A stretch of DNA of 64,000 nt from an uncultured Acidobacteriota bacterium (lineage in GTDB: Bacteria > Acidobacteriota > Thermoanaerobaculia > Multivoradales > UBA5704). The stretch is taken from NCBI GenBank assembly GCA_963770895.1, contig CAVYRF010000002.1, positions 1,920,001 to 1,984,000 of the forward strand. The letters are read 5' to 3'. The notes beneath the pieces were generated by a model, which saw nothing but the letters and a program-made list of their open reading frames with translations, was not told where the DNA came from and did no database searches. Below, piece by piece: positions 56,203 through 64,000 of this stretch. Numbering within the stretch: the stretch's first letter is position 1; each line of letters begins with the position of its first letter. A program made the translations under genes and the position numbers.

Positions 56203-57064
56203 TCAGAAGCGCATGGCTGGTCTTGCCGTGGCTGACGCCACGTCTGTCGAAAGGCTCACGTCCCACCACTGCGCGCCCTCGGCCGCCCGCGTTTTCTCGG
56301 CTTCGGCGGCGAAGCGAACCGCGTCGCTACCGATCAAGAGGTGCGCCGGAAGACGGTCACTGGATGCCAGACGAAGCACAACCTGAGCTACCTTGGCGGG
56401 ATCACTGATCTCTTTCCCCCAATACGATTTCAAGGCCTTGGCAACGGCCCCGACGGAGGGTTCATAGTCCGGGAGCAGTTCCGGCGTGGCCTGATTGGCT
56501 CGGGCGCCCCAATTCGTCCGCATGCCACCGGGTTCGAGGGCGCACACCTTCACGCCGAACGGGGACAGCTCCTGGGCAAGAGATTCCGTGAAGCCTCCGA
56601 CAGCCCATTTCGCTGCATGGTACGGCGTGCTGCCGGGCCGAGTCAGGCGGCCGCCGACCGATGATATCTGGAGGATGCAGCCGCTCCTTTGCTCGCGCAT
56701 GAGCGGTACGGCCGCACGGGTGACGTTAACCACGCCATAGAAGTTGGTATCCATCACCGCCTTGAACCTCTCCGCGCTCAGCTGTTCGAACGGCGCGATA
56801 TCGCCGTACCCGGCGTTGTTCACGACGACGTCGAGACGTCCAAATGTGGCCATCGCCATCTGCACGGCGGCCTGAGCGGCGCTTTCATCTGTCACGTCAA
56901 GAGGAACCGCGCGAACGCGATCGCCGTATTTGTTTACCAAGTCATCGAGTCGCTTTGGGTCGCGTGCCGTGGCGACGAGGCGATCGCCGGATTCGAGCAC
57001 GGCTTCCGCGATGTCTCGGCCCAAACCGCTCGCACTGCCCAGTCACTAACCACACTTTATTCAT
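56203..57064 (-). pseudogene. Short-chain dehydrogenase/reductase, +1 frameshift near start
   Basis: GGAGG then MNKVWLVTG; an extra base at 57038-57040 separates it from SASGLGRDIA. Also NNAGYG and YHAAK. Confidence 0.85.
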
Positions 57065-57089
57065 CACCTCCTACCTTTCTTCCGTGCGC

Positions 57090-58113
57090 CTATTGCCTGG
57101 GTTCAGATCGTGGGAGCACTGCCCTCAACTGAGAGGGTGTCGTCCCTTCCCACGTTCGGAAGGCTCGATAGAAAGAATTCGAATCCTCGTAGCCGAGCAG
57201 AAATGCCACTTCCGTGACATCCATCTCCGGCCGATTGAGATACTCGTGCGCCAGTTCCTGCCGCGCCTCAAGAAGCAACTGCCGGAAAGTTGCGCCGTCA
57301 TCGATGATTCGCCGCTGCAAAGTCCGATCGCTCAACCCGAGTTCGCGAGCCACGGCCAATATCTTCGGCCGGCTTCCCGCGAGCAGGCGCTTGAGAATCC
57401 ATTTCACCTGCTCACTGATCGAGCTCTGCGCGCGGCGCTCTTCAAGTGCGCGTTCGAGTTGCGGATTCAGCATGTCAAAGCAACTCGGCATTGTAGGTAA
57501 GGAATGGCCGATCGAGATCGGTCGCGTGCAGGACGAGCGCATTCCGTCGCGCTCCGAACGTGATTGGGCCTTTAAAATAGGCTTCGTGGAAGCCGGTCGC
57601 CTCCGCGCTGCGCTTCAGCTCGACCCTTTTCGCCGTCACAAAATGTCCTGTGCCGCGGCGACCAAGTTCAACGAACGAGACAAAGGCGGCGTCTGTCAAC
57701 AGAGTCGGGGTTTCTTCCTGCGCGTGCAGCCACACAGGCTCGATCACGCACTCGTCCTTGCTCACTTTGATTTGCAGTTCCTCGGGCGAGCACAGTTCCT
57801 TGAAGCGAGCAAGGCGGGTGAGGGCGTCTCGGTAGTCGCGGGCGTAATAGGCCGCCATAGTTGACGGTGGCCGATTGCCAACGTCGATCTGAGTGGCGAT
57901 TTTTAGGCCCGCGGCCGGATCGGCGGAGAGCTCGCCTACGGCACGCCAGAGTGCGAAGAACTGAGCCGTCGTGACCAGGTTCTTCTTGCCGTCGTAAACA
58001 GTCAGCGGCAACCGAGCTTGGCTCAGCACGGCTGTTGGCGTAAGTCCGATCTTAGCGAGCCCTATCCAAAAGGCGTTCGCGGCTTTGAAAAGGTCTGGCA
58101 CATGGACGGTCAT
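57090..58113 (-). pseudogene. AraC-family transcriptional regulator, frameshifted
   Basis: Ligand-binding part ends ..NAELL*; HTH part (LSDRTLQRR, VAFLLGYEDSNSFYRAFRTWEGTTP) is in another frame. Extra T near 57477-57480. Confidence 0.85.
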
Positions 58114-58170
58114 TTTTTTCTCGCCGGTATTTCATCTGGAAGCAATCGCGCTGTCAGGACATCCCTCAGG

Positions 58171-58326
58171 TTAGCCGATTATCGCTTTGGGTTCCAGGTA
58201 CTCCTGCAGCCCGAAAATCCCGCCTTCGCGATCGACGACCTGGGTTCCATGGAGAGTGACGAATTGACCGTTGATGTAGGCACGATCAAAAGCTTTTACT
58301 GGAGTCGGGGTTGCTTGTCCGTTCAT
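58171..58326 (-). pseudogene. Aldehyde dehydrogenase remnant with internal deletion
   Basis: N-terminal YINGQFVTLHG fused directly to C-terminal REGGIFGLQEYLEPKAI. Confidence 0.75.
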
Positions 58327-58570
58327 TTGTCTCACCTTTATGACGTTCAGCGTTAACAAGGTCGCCGTGTCCTTCAGGGGGCCCCAGCCACAATTCCATT
58401 CTGGCTGAATAAGGTCGGCGTGTAACTAGCAAAAGACGCCAGCTCTCTCGCAAAATATGCCAAACGATCTATTGCTCGCATGGTCCCTTGTAGTCCCCAA
58501 CTTGTTTGGCATCACCGGATGGCTTAGGGAGGTATAACCGAAAGTCGTGTTTGAGGGGGTACGCCGCCTT

Positions 58571-58612
58571 CGCCTCCGCCATCGCTTGACCCTTCTCCGG
58601 GTAGACATAGTT
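58571..58612 (-). repeat. 42-bp copy of S41 peptidase internal sequence
   Basis: Reverse complement matches 29704-29745 at 41/42 positions. Confidence 0.9.
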
Positions 58613-58752
58613 CGCGGTCTCGCCGGCCGGCGCGATCCACTGGACGGGGCCGTCCTCGCCGGACCGGAAGGTGGTGCGCAAGGCCTCGTGGCGCTCCAGC
58701 AGCGCGGCGAAGGCCGCCTCCAGGGCGGCGACGGAAAGCTTTCCCGCCAGGA
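58613..58752 (-). pseudogene. NRPS condensation-domain fragment
   Basis: LAGKLSVAALEAAFAALLERHEALRTTFRSGEDGPVQWIAP. Confidence 0.8.
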
Positions 58753-58774
58753 GGTCGGAAGGCTCATCTACGAC

Positions 58775-59002
58775 ATGGCCGTCGAAACGACCAGCTTCCC
58801 CGACGAAGACTCGATCACCCGCGCCGAGCTGCGGGCCGCGGCTGCCGAGCTGCGCTTCGTCGAAGGCTTCCTGCGCTCCGTGCGCAAGTCCGCCCAGGAT
58901 TCGTGCCTGGAACCGGCCGACGACGACCTGGCCCACTTCGCCGGCAAGCTCGCCGGAAAGGTGGGCAACGTGGCCGGCGAGATCGAAGGAGAGCTGTCAT
59001 GA
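58775..59002 (+). CDS. Hypothetical helical protein (possibly 5'-truncated)
   Basis: GC-rich coding pattern; stop overlaps the next ATG. Confidence 0.5.
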   Translation: MAVETTSFPDEDSITRAELRAAAAELRFVEGFLRSVRKSAQDSCLEPADDDLAHFAGKLAGKVGNVAGEIEGELS

Positions 59003-59481
59003 ACGGCCAGCCCCTGGTGAGGGTAGGGAGAACCCGAGACGCCGACGAAGCGCAGCTCATTGGGCTAGCGATCTTGAAACTCCGCCGAGAATCCGGCATC
59101 ACCCTGCGGCAGCTTGCCGCGCAGGCTGGGTGTACCTCGACGGCCCTGACCCAATACGAGCAGGGCAGCCGCCAGCCAAGTGCGCCCACCCTCCAGCGCA
59201 TCGTGGCAGCGATGGGCTTCACCCTGACGGATCTTTACCGAGCCCAGCAAAGCACCGCTGGCCAGGGAGGCCCGCCGGAAGATGGCACCCTACCGCCGGA
59301 TACCCGGACGCCGCCGGCGAGATCCCACAAGGACACCCTGCGGCTGGCTCAGGAGTGCGGCAAAGCCGTGGCGCACTGCTGCCTGGCCTTCATGGAGCTA
59401 CAGTCCGGGACCTGGCGCGCCCGAGGTGCCGGCGCCACCACCGCTGCGTCCGCCGCCACGCCGGCACTGGAGGCCGAATGA
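58999..59481 (+). CDS. XRE-family helix-turn-helix protein
   Basis: LRRESGITLRQLAAQAG....ALTQYEQGSRQPS...LQRI. Confidence 0.85.
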   Translation: MNGQPLVRVGRTRDADEAQLIGLAILKLRRESGITLRQLAAQAGCTSTALTQYEQGSRQPSAPTLQRIVAAMGFTLTDLYRAQQSTAGQGGPPEDGTLPPDTRTPPARSHKDTLRLAQECGKAVAHCCLAFMELQSGTWRARGAGATTAASAATPALEAE

Positions 59482-59777
59482 CCATGGGCCAATTCGACAC
59501 GGTGAACGTGGACGTGCTCTCGGCGGCCTTCCAGACCCAGCAACTCGGCGAGGGCATGCTGACCTACCGCCTGCGCGCTGACGGCCGCCTGGTGGCCCCT
59601 TGCGGCGTCGTGGTCGCCTACCACGGACTGCTCCACCTGATGGGCGAGGACGGCGCCGAGTTCATGGCCATCTTCACGCACGGGAGCCTGGAATCGCTCG
59701 ACCCCCTGGTCGAAGAAGTCTCCGACGTGTACCGGTTGCTGGGCCGCGGTTTCCTGTGGGCGCGGCACTCCTGGTGA
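59478..59777 (+). CDS. Hypothetical protein
   Basis: ATGA-coupled to the XRE gene; MGQFDTV..FQT..L..Y......G.L pattern. Confidence 0.6.
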   Translation: MTMGQFDTVNVDVLSAAFQTQQLGEGMLTYRLRADGRLVAPCGVVVAYHGLLHLMGEDGAEFMAIFTHGSLESLDPLVEEVSDVYRLLGRGFLWARHSW

Positions 59778-59791
59778 CCTGATAATTCCCG

Positions 59792-59834
59792 GCCAGCCGG
59801 CGAGGCGATCGTTTCCCACGCCTCGCCGGCTGGC
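59792..59834. terminator. 16-bp perfect stem hairpin between convergent units
   Basis: GCCAGCCGGCGAGGCG-n11-CGCCTCGCCGGCTGGC. Confidence 0.6.
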
Positions 59835-59939
59835 AGGCGCCGGAAGCGCCCCCGGCGAGTCATGCCTGCAAGTACGACCCGTCAGCCAGTCTGCACCCGG
59901 GGGGCGATGAACAGCCGGGTTCCAGCTGGTGGTGCGGAT

Positions 59940-60227
59940 CTAGGCAGCCGAGAGGCGCTTGACGCGCAGCGAGGCGCGCTTCTTCTCGGCCTGCCAGAGG
60001 TCGTATTGAAGCTGCTGGTCAAGCCAACTCTCGGCTGTGGTGTTGAACGCCAGCGAGAGCCGGACCGCCATCTCGGGGCTGATCCCCGACCGGCCGTTGA
60101 TGATCGCCGAAAGCGTCCTACGGCTCACTCCCAACCCATCCGCGGCGGCGGTGACAGTTAGGCCGAGCGGCTCCAGGCAGAAAGACTTGAGCACTTCTCC
60201 GGGATGCGGTGGGTGGTGCATCTTCAT
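59940..60227 (-). CDS. higA: HigA antitoxin
   Basis: [33 protein letters not shown]...ISPEMAVRL....W...Q..YDL. Confidence 0.93.
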   Translation of the reverse strand: MKMHHPPHPGEVLKSFCLEPLGLTVTAAADGLGVSRRTLSAIINGRSGISPEMAVRLSLAFNTTAESWLDQQLQYDLWQAEKKRASLRVKRLSAA

Positions 60228-60239
60228 TGGTGCCGCTCC

Positions 60240-60521
60240 TTAATGATAATCCTCGTAGTCCACCTGGTCCGCGTCGCTTCCGACGAATACGAACGTGACC
60301 CGCCAGTTGCCGCTCACGCGGACGGACCAAGTTCCCCGACGGTCTCCCTTTAGGGGATGCAGTTGAAGGCCCGGTAGGCCCATGTCTCTCGGCTCCCTGG
60401 CCACGTTGAGCCTGCCTAAGATGAGCCTCAGCCGGTCTGCATGTTCGGCTTGGACTTTGGAGGCTTTCCCCGCAGTAAAAAGGAGTTCGAGGCCTTTATG
60501 CCGGAAGCTGCGGATAGTCAC
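60240..60521 (-). CDS. higB: HigB (RelE/ParE) toxin
   Basis: IRSFRHKGL, LHPLKGDRRG.WSVRVSGNWRVTF, VDYEDYH; toxin gene upstream of antitoxin. Confidence 0.93.
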   Translation of the reverse strand: MTIRSFRHKGLELLFTAGKASKVQAEHADRLRLILGRLNVAREPRDMGLPGLQLHPLKGDRRGTWSVRVSGNWRVTFVFVGSDADQVDYEDYH

Positions 60522-60848
60522 TTCAGGAGTGTAACCCTTCCCTTCTCAGTCTGCAAGTCGTTGGCGACGCCACCCCCAAATTCGCATGCCGTTTTGTCGA
60601 AGCGGCAGAGGTAACCCGAGTAGCGGTTTCCCGGCGCATCCAGGCCCGCGATCTCACCTGCGACGTGCACCGCACTCTACGCGGCAGGACCGACCTGAGG
60701 CTGTTGTGCACGTGCTGGCGATCGTAGAAGCAGTTGACATGGCGCCGCCGACGCTATCGCGGCTGCCGCAACCGCCGCCGCCACAGGTTATATAATGGGC
60801 CGGCATAAGCAGGATACCGCATCCCAAGGACCGCGGTAGGAGGACGGA

Positions 60849-61412
60849 ATGGCTACAGTAGAGCACGCTACTCTGTTCCATGTGAGTCGGATTATTCGCC
60901 GTCCCGGCGAGGAGGTGGCGCCAATTGCTGACGTGTCACATTTCGTTAGGAACCAACTGACTACTCCGTTGGGGCGCCGAATTGAGGAAGTCCTCGAGCG
61001 CGAGCGACCCGCAGCATGTGTTTCGCGGCACAAGGCACACTATGCCTGTCTCGAACTTCCAGAATGCGCCGCGTTCATGAGTGGTGAGGACGGGCGCAAC
61101 TCTCGCTCTTCCTCGGCCGCTCCGCTTCATTTTTACCGGGTTTTGATGGAGCGCGCAAGTAAGTCGCCCATAGCTCTGGTTGACGGCGTAGGGAGACATC
61201 TTGAGGATGCCGAGGCCCTTTCAGCCATCATAAGTGAGTACTGGGCTCCGAGGCTTGATTGGGATTTCTATGAATACCTCGGGCTTGCTATGACTATTAT
61301 CCGAGAAGTAGAGTCCCCGGATATTGCAGATGAAAGCGCAGCGCGGTTCGCATATGGAAGAGACCGAGAAAAGTGCTTGAGGCAGTGGCCTGATCGCAAG
61401 GCTCTTGGGTGA
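60849..61412 (+). CDS. Hypothetical protein, DUF2441/ADP-ribosyltransferase-like
   Basis: AGGAGG RBS; lower GC; early His and E.VLERERP...SR...Y pattern. Confidence 0.55.
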   Translation: MATVEHATLFHVSRIIRRPGEEVAPIADVSHFVRNQLTTPLGRRIEEVLERERPAACVSRHKAHYACLELPECAAFMSGEDGRNSRSSSAAPLHFYRVLMERASKSPIALVDGVGRHLEDAEALSAIISEYWAPRLDWDFYEYLGLAMTIIREVESPDIADESAARFAYGRDREKCLRQWPDRKALG

Positions 61413-61903
61413 CGATGGCGCGCTGTTAGGTGCAAGGTTGTACGGAAATCGAATCCTCGCAACAGACGGTGGCGCTTCCTCATTAGGGTCCCCCCCTCAT
61501 CCTCTATGCCAGCACTTGCCCTGAACGTATTTGCGGCTTAGGGAATGCCGCTCGCGACGACTTGCGAGTCGCTGTCCTCCGAGCGATCAGGCCGAGGTCA
61601 ATCCCAACTGGTAGGAATGAGGGCTCTCTCATTGTCCTCGACCACCCACGCCGCGCACGCTGATCGGAGGTGCAGAGGCGTGGTTTTTCCTCACCCTGGC
61701 GGTCGGCCGGATGTGCTCGAGCCAGCTCTGCGATGTCTCGCCCCCTCCTCAAAGTGGCTGTCTGCCATGCTAGGCCTTGCCCTCCTCCACCTCGAAGAGT
61801 ACTGTTCCATTTACCGCAGATCGGTGTGCGGCACATCCCGGACTTGGCCAGTTTGTCGCTACAATGAGTACCACGGTGGCGGACGCCCCGCTGCGGACCT
61901 CAC

Positions 61904-62248
61904 ATGGCAAGGGAAATCGGCAGGCTTGCCGACAAAGACGGTAACGAGTTCGAACGCCTATGGCTGGTGTCATTGGCTTTGCGCGCGCTGGCCGGCGAAA
62001 TCACCTCGTTGCACTGGGAGCGCGCCGGCGAGATCGGATTCGGCATCGAGTGTGAGGTCACCTTCCCCGACGGGCGGCGCCAGGTTCACCAGTGCAAGAT
62101 CGAGAACGGCGCCCTGGGCCGCTGGTCGGCCGCTGACCTCGCGGCGGCGGGCGTTCTGGATGCCGCCCTTCGCCACCTTCAGAGACCAGGAGTCGCGGAG
62201 TTCGTCTTTGTCTCCCGCGACCCCGTCCTGGTGCTGCGCGACCTGGGC
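61904..62248 (+). pseudogene. Truncated N-terminal restriction-endonuclease-like domain (defence/STAND-type protein remnant)
   Basis: G..ADK.GN.FE..W, G.E.....QCK, W...DL...GVL, FVFVS; frame then enters unrelated sequence. Confidence 0.6.
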
Positions 62249-62392
62249 GTGCCCCCCTTGGGGATCGCGTCGAGAAGGAAGAGGTACTGGCCCCAGAAGT
62301 CCCGCTGCTGTCGCGGTGTCCCGACCACCTTCTTGTTCCGCCGCAGCACCACGTGCCCCCCGCCCCGCCGCCCCCGCCCCCCAACGCAAGCA

Positions 62393-62693
62393 TGGGCTAT
62401 GGAAGGTGCCGCGCCTGATGGAAACCGCGGACCCAACAGGGGGCCGCCCGCGTCGCTGCGCTCCGCTGCCGCCCGCCCCCGCGGCCCCCGGTCCGCCGTT
62501 TCCACAGTCGCTTGCAAACCGGCTCCCGGCCCCCCACCACACCCGCCCTCTACCTACCGCCCTCGCCGGTTAGCACACCTCCCACAGCCCCGGCGGCGAC
62601 GGCTCATGTAGACTCTTCTTGAAGGACCAAACCCGCTGAGGGTGGGTCACTTTCCAGTCGTTGCCCTGGGTCACTTTCCGAGCGTTGCCAGCA
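62393..62693 (+). mobile_element. IS21-family-like terminal remnant
   Basis: Tandem 24-bp TGGGTCACTTTCC-n3-CGTTGCC repeats (62643-62690) ending near CA; upstream TGGAAACCGCGGAC/GTCCGCCGTTTCCA inverted repeat; no transposase. Confidence 0.6.
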
Positions 62694-63405
62694 GGAGGTG
62701 CGGCGAGCCAGACCGCGCCGGACCGCCCCGAGCGACGGCTCTGAAGCTGCCCCTCGGAGATCACCTCTTTAGTATGCCAGATATCGCACCTCATGAGTAT
62801 GCAAAAAGAGTAGCACGCATTTCCGGTCTCCGCCAAGCGCCGCCGCGCCTTACGTCGGCTCCTGCTAGAGGCCCACGGTAACGCGCTCGGCGTCCTCGTC
62901 AGAGGGTGCGCCGCCAGACTACCGGGACAACGGCCATTGCCATCATTGGCTGGCCCTGACGTGCATGCTTCTGAAGATGCGGAAGGTTTAGGCCGCCAGC
63001 TATGGGCCTATCCTCGCCAGGCTGAGTAGCGGGCGCCGGTCGTGGGGTTGGTGGACCCGAGCAGCGCGGGTAGCTCGCTGGCGCGTTAGACGGGGCGCAG
63101 CTCGCCGGGGGGGCCACCTGGGCGTTGTTGCTTGCGTAGATGACGACGTTGCCAAGGACCCGCTTCGCACAACGACGACGAGGGGGGCGTAGCGACATTG
63201 TCCAGCTTTACGGCAAGCGCGCCCCGAGTGGCGAGAACCATTCCGCGAGACGGGCGGGAGCGATCAGATGCAGCTCCTGGCTCCAGGAGGTTTGGGTTCG
63301 TCAGAAAGACCCGCCGCTGACACCGCGGACGCCTCTGCGCTGTCGCTGTGTCCGGTGACCTGCTCCCCGCTGGAGCGCTATACTGAACGGGGGGGTGTAG
63401 ATGCG

Positions 63406-63642
63406 ATGGTGTACCACGGAACAGTAAAGGGTGGCGCAATTGTGCTTGATCCCGGTGTCAAGCTGCCAGACGGAGCGACAGTGCGCGTGGAGTTTGACCC
63501 GCCGGAGGGCTCGCCGAGCGGCGCCGGCGACGATCCGCTCCTGAAGATGGTCGAGCTGGCTGTCGAGACCGGCATCCCGGACCTCGCCACCAATGCCGAT
63601 CACTACCTCTACGGCCATCCCAAGGCGAGCGATGCCGGCTGA
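63406..63642 (+). CDS. Putative antitoxin (DUF104/VapB-like)
   Basis: YHGTVKGGAIVLD...LPDG..V.V and DLA.N.DHYLYG; overlaps the PIN gene. Confidence 0.75.
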   Translation: MVYHGTVKGGAIVLDPGVKLPDGATVRVEFDPPEGSPSGAGDDPLLKMVELAVETGIPDLATNADHYLYGHPKASDAG

Positions 63643-64000
63643 GGCCGTGTTTCTCGATACCAACGGCTGGCTGGCTCTGCTGAACTCCTCCGATCTACTC
63701 CATTCCGCTGCGCGCCAGGCTTGGGCAAGCCTGGTAGCCCGACAGCGCCGGGTCGTTCTTACCGATTGGATCGTCGCGGAAACCGGGAACGGCTTGGCTA
63801 AGAGCCGCGGACGGGAGCAGTTTGTGGCCGCTGTGGGTCTTCTTCGCGCCAGCCCAAGGGTGGAACTGCTCCAGGTCTCCCCGCCGCTTCTCGACCGCGC
63901 CCTTGCGCTCTACGCGCGGAGGGCCGACAAGTATTGGGGATTGGTGGATTGCGCGAGCTTCGTGGTCATGGAGGACATGGGGATATCGCAAGCCTTCACC
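63632..64000 (+). CDS. vapC: PIN-domain VapC toxin (runs off window)
   Basis: MPAEAVFLDTNGWLAL..D..H, TDWIVAET, WGLVDCASFVVM...GI..AFT. Confidence 0.88.
   Translation, partial: MPAEAVFLDTNGWLALLNSSDLLHSAARQAWASLVARQRRVVLTDWIVAETGNGLAKSRGREQFVAAVGLLRASPRVELLQVSPPLLDRALALYARRADKYWGLVDCASFVVMEDMGISQAFT

Noticed and set aside
60654-60881. Ser/Thr/Cys-rich small ORF as a third RiPP precursor
   Set aside because: No LxLxRx5L leader and no RBS, and it overlaps the start of the plus-strand gene.
61420-63095. GTTAGGT (~61425) and GTTAGAC (~63085) as integron attC ends
   Set aside because: No matching RYYYAAC inverse core or convincing fold-back, and no integrase.

Overview
High-GC bacterial DNA, probably Acidobacteriota (inferred from an ADOP-type ABC permease and the NRPS style). 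About half of the window is NRPS on the minus strand. There is a left cluster (<1-11.6 kb: C-A-T-C-A-T-C plus an A-domain remnant, then C-A-T, then a further C-starting gene running off the edge) and a 20 kb gene (ACP-[C-A-T]x5-E-C, no TE, no FAAL). Between them lie 19 kb of accessory genes: ABC permease, solute-binding protein, PhoU-like gene with a Pho-box-like site, transglutaminase, Cys-rich secreted peptides, a dehydrogenase-small-subunit/GMC/ferritin-like operon, DmpA, a Phd + zeta-like kinase toxin-antitoxin pair and an S41 peptidase. The most notable signal is two 59-aa RiPP/lanthipeptide-like precursor genes (51510-51689, absent from the ORF track, and 55284-55463). They share an LxLxRx5L leader and a 29+30 aa layout; the first sits beside a LanC-like remnant, and no intact modifying enzyme is in the window. 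The right end (53.7-64 kb) is a decaying accessory/defence region: frameshifted or deleted genes, HigBA, VapBC-like, a truncated nuclease and an IS21-like end. Short near-exact copies of internal gene fragments mark several junctions. All calls come from reading motifs by eye; no searches were run.
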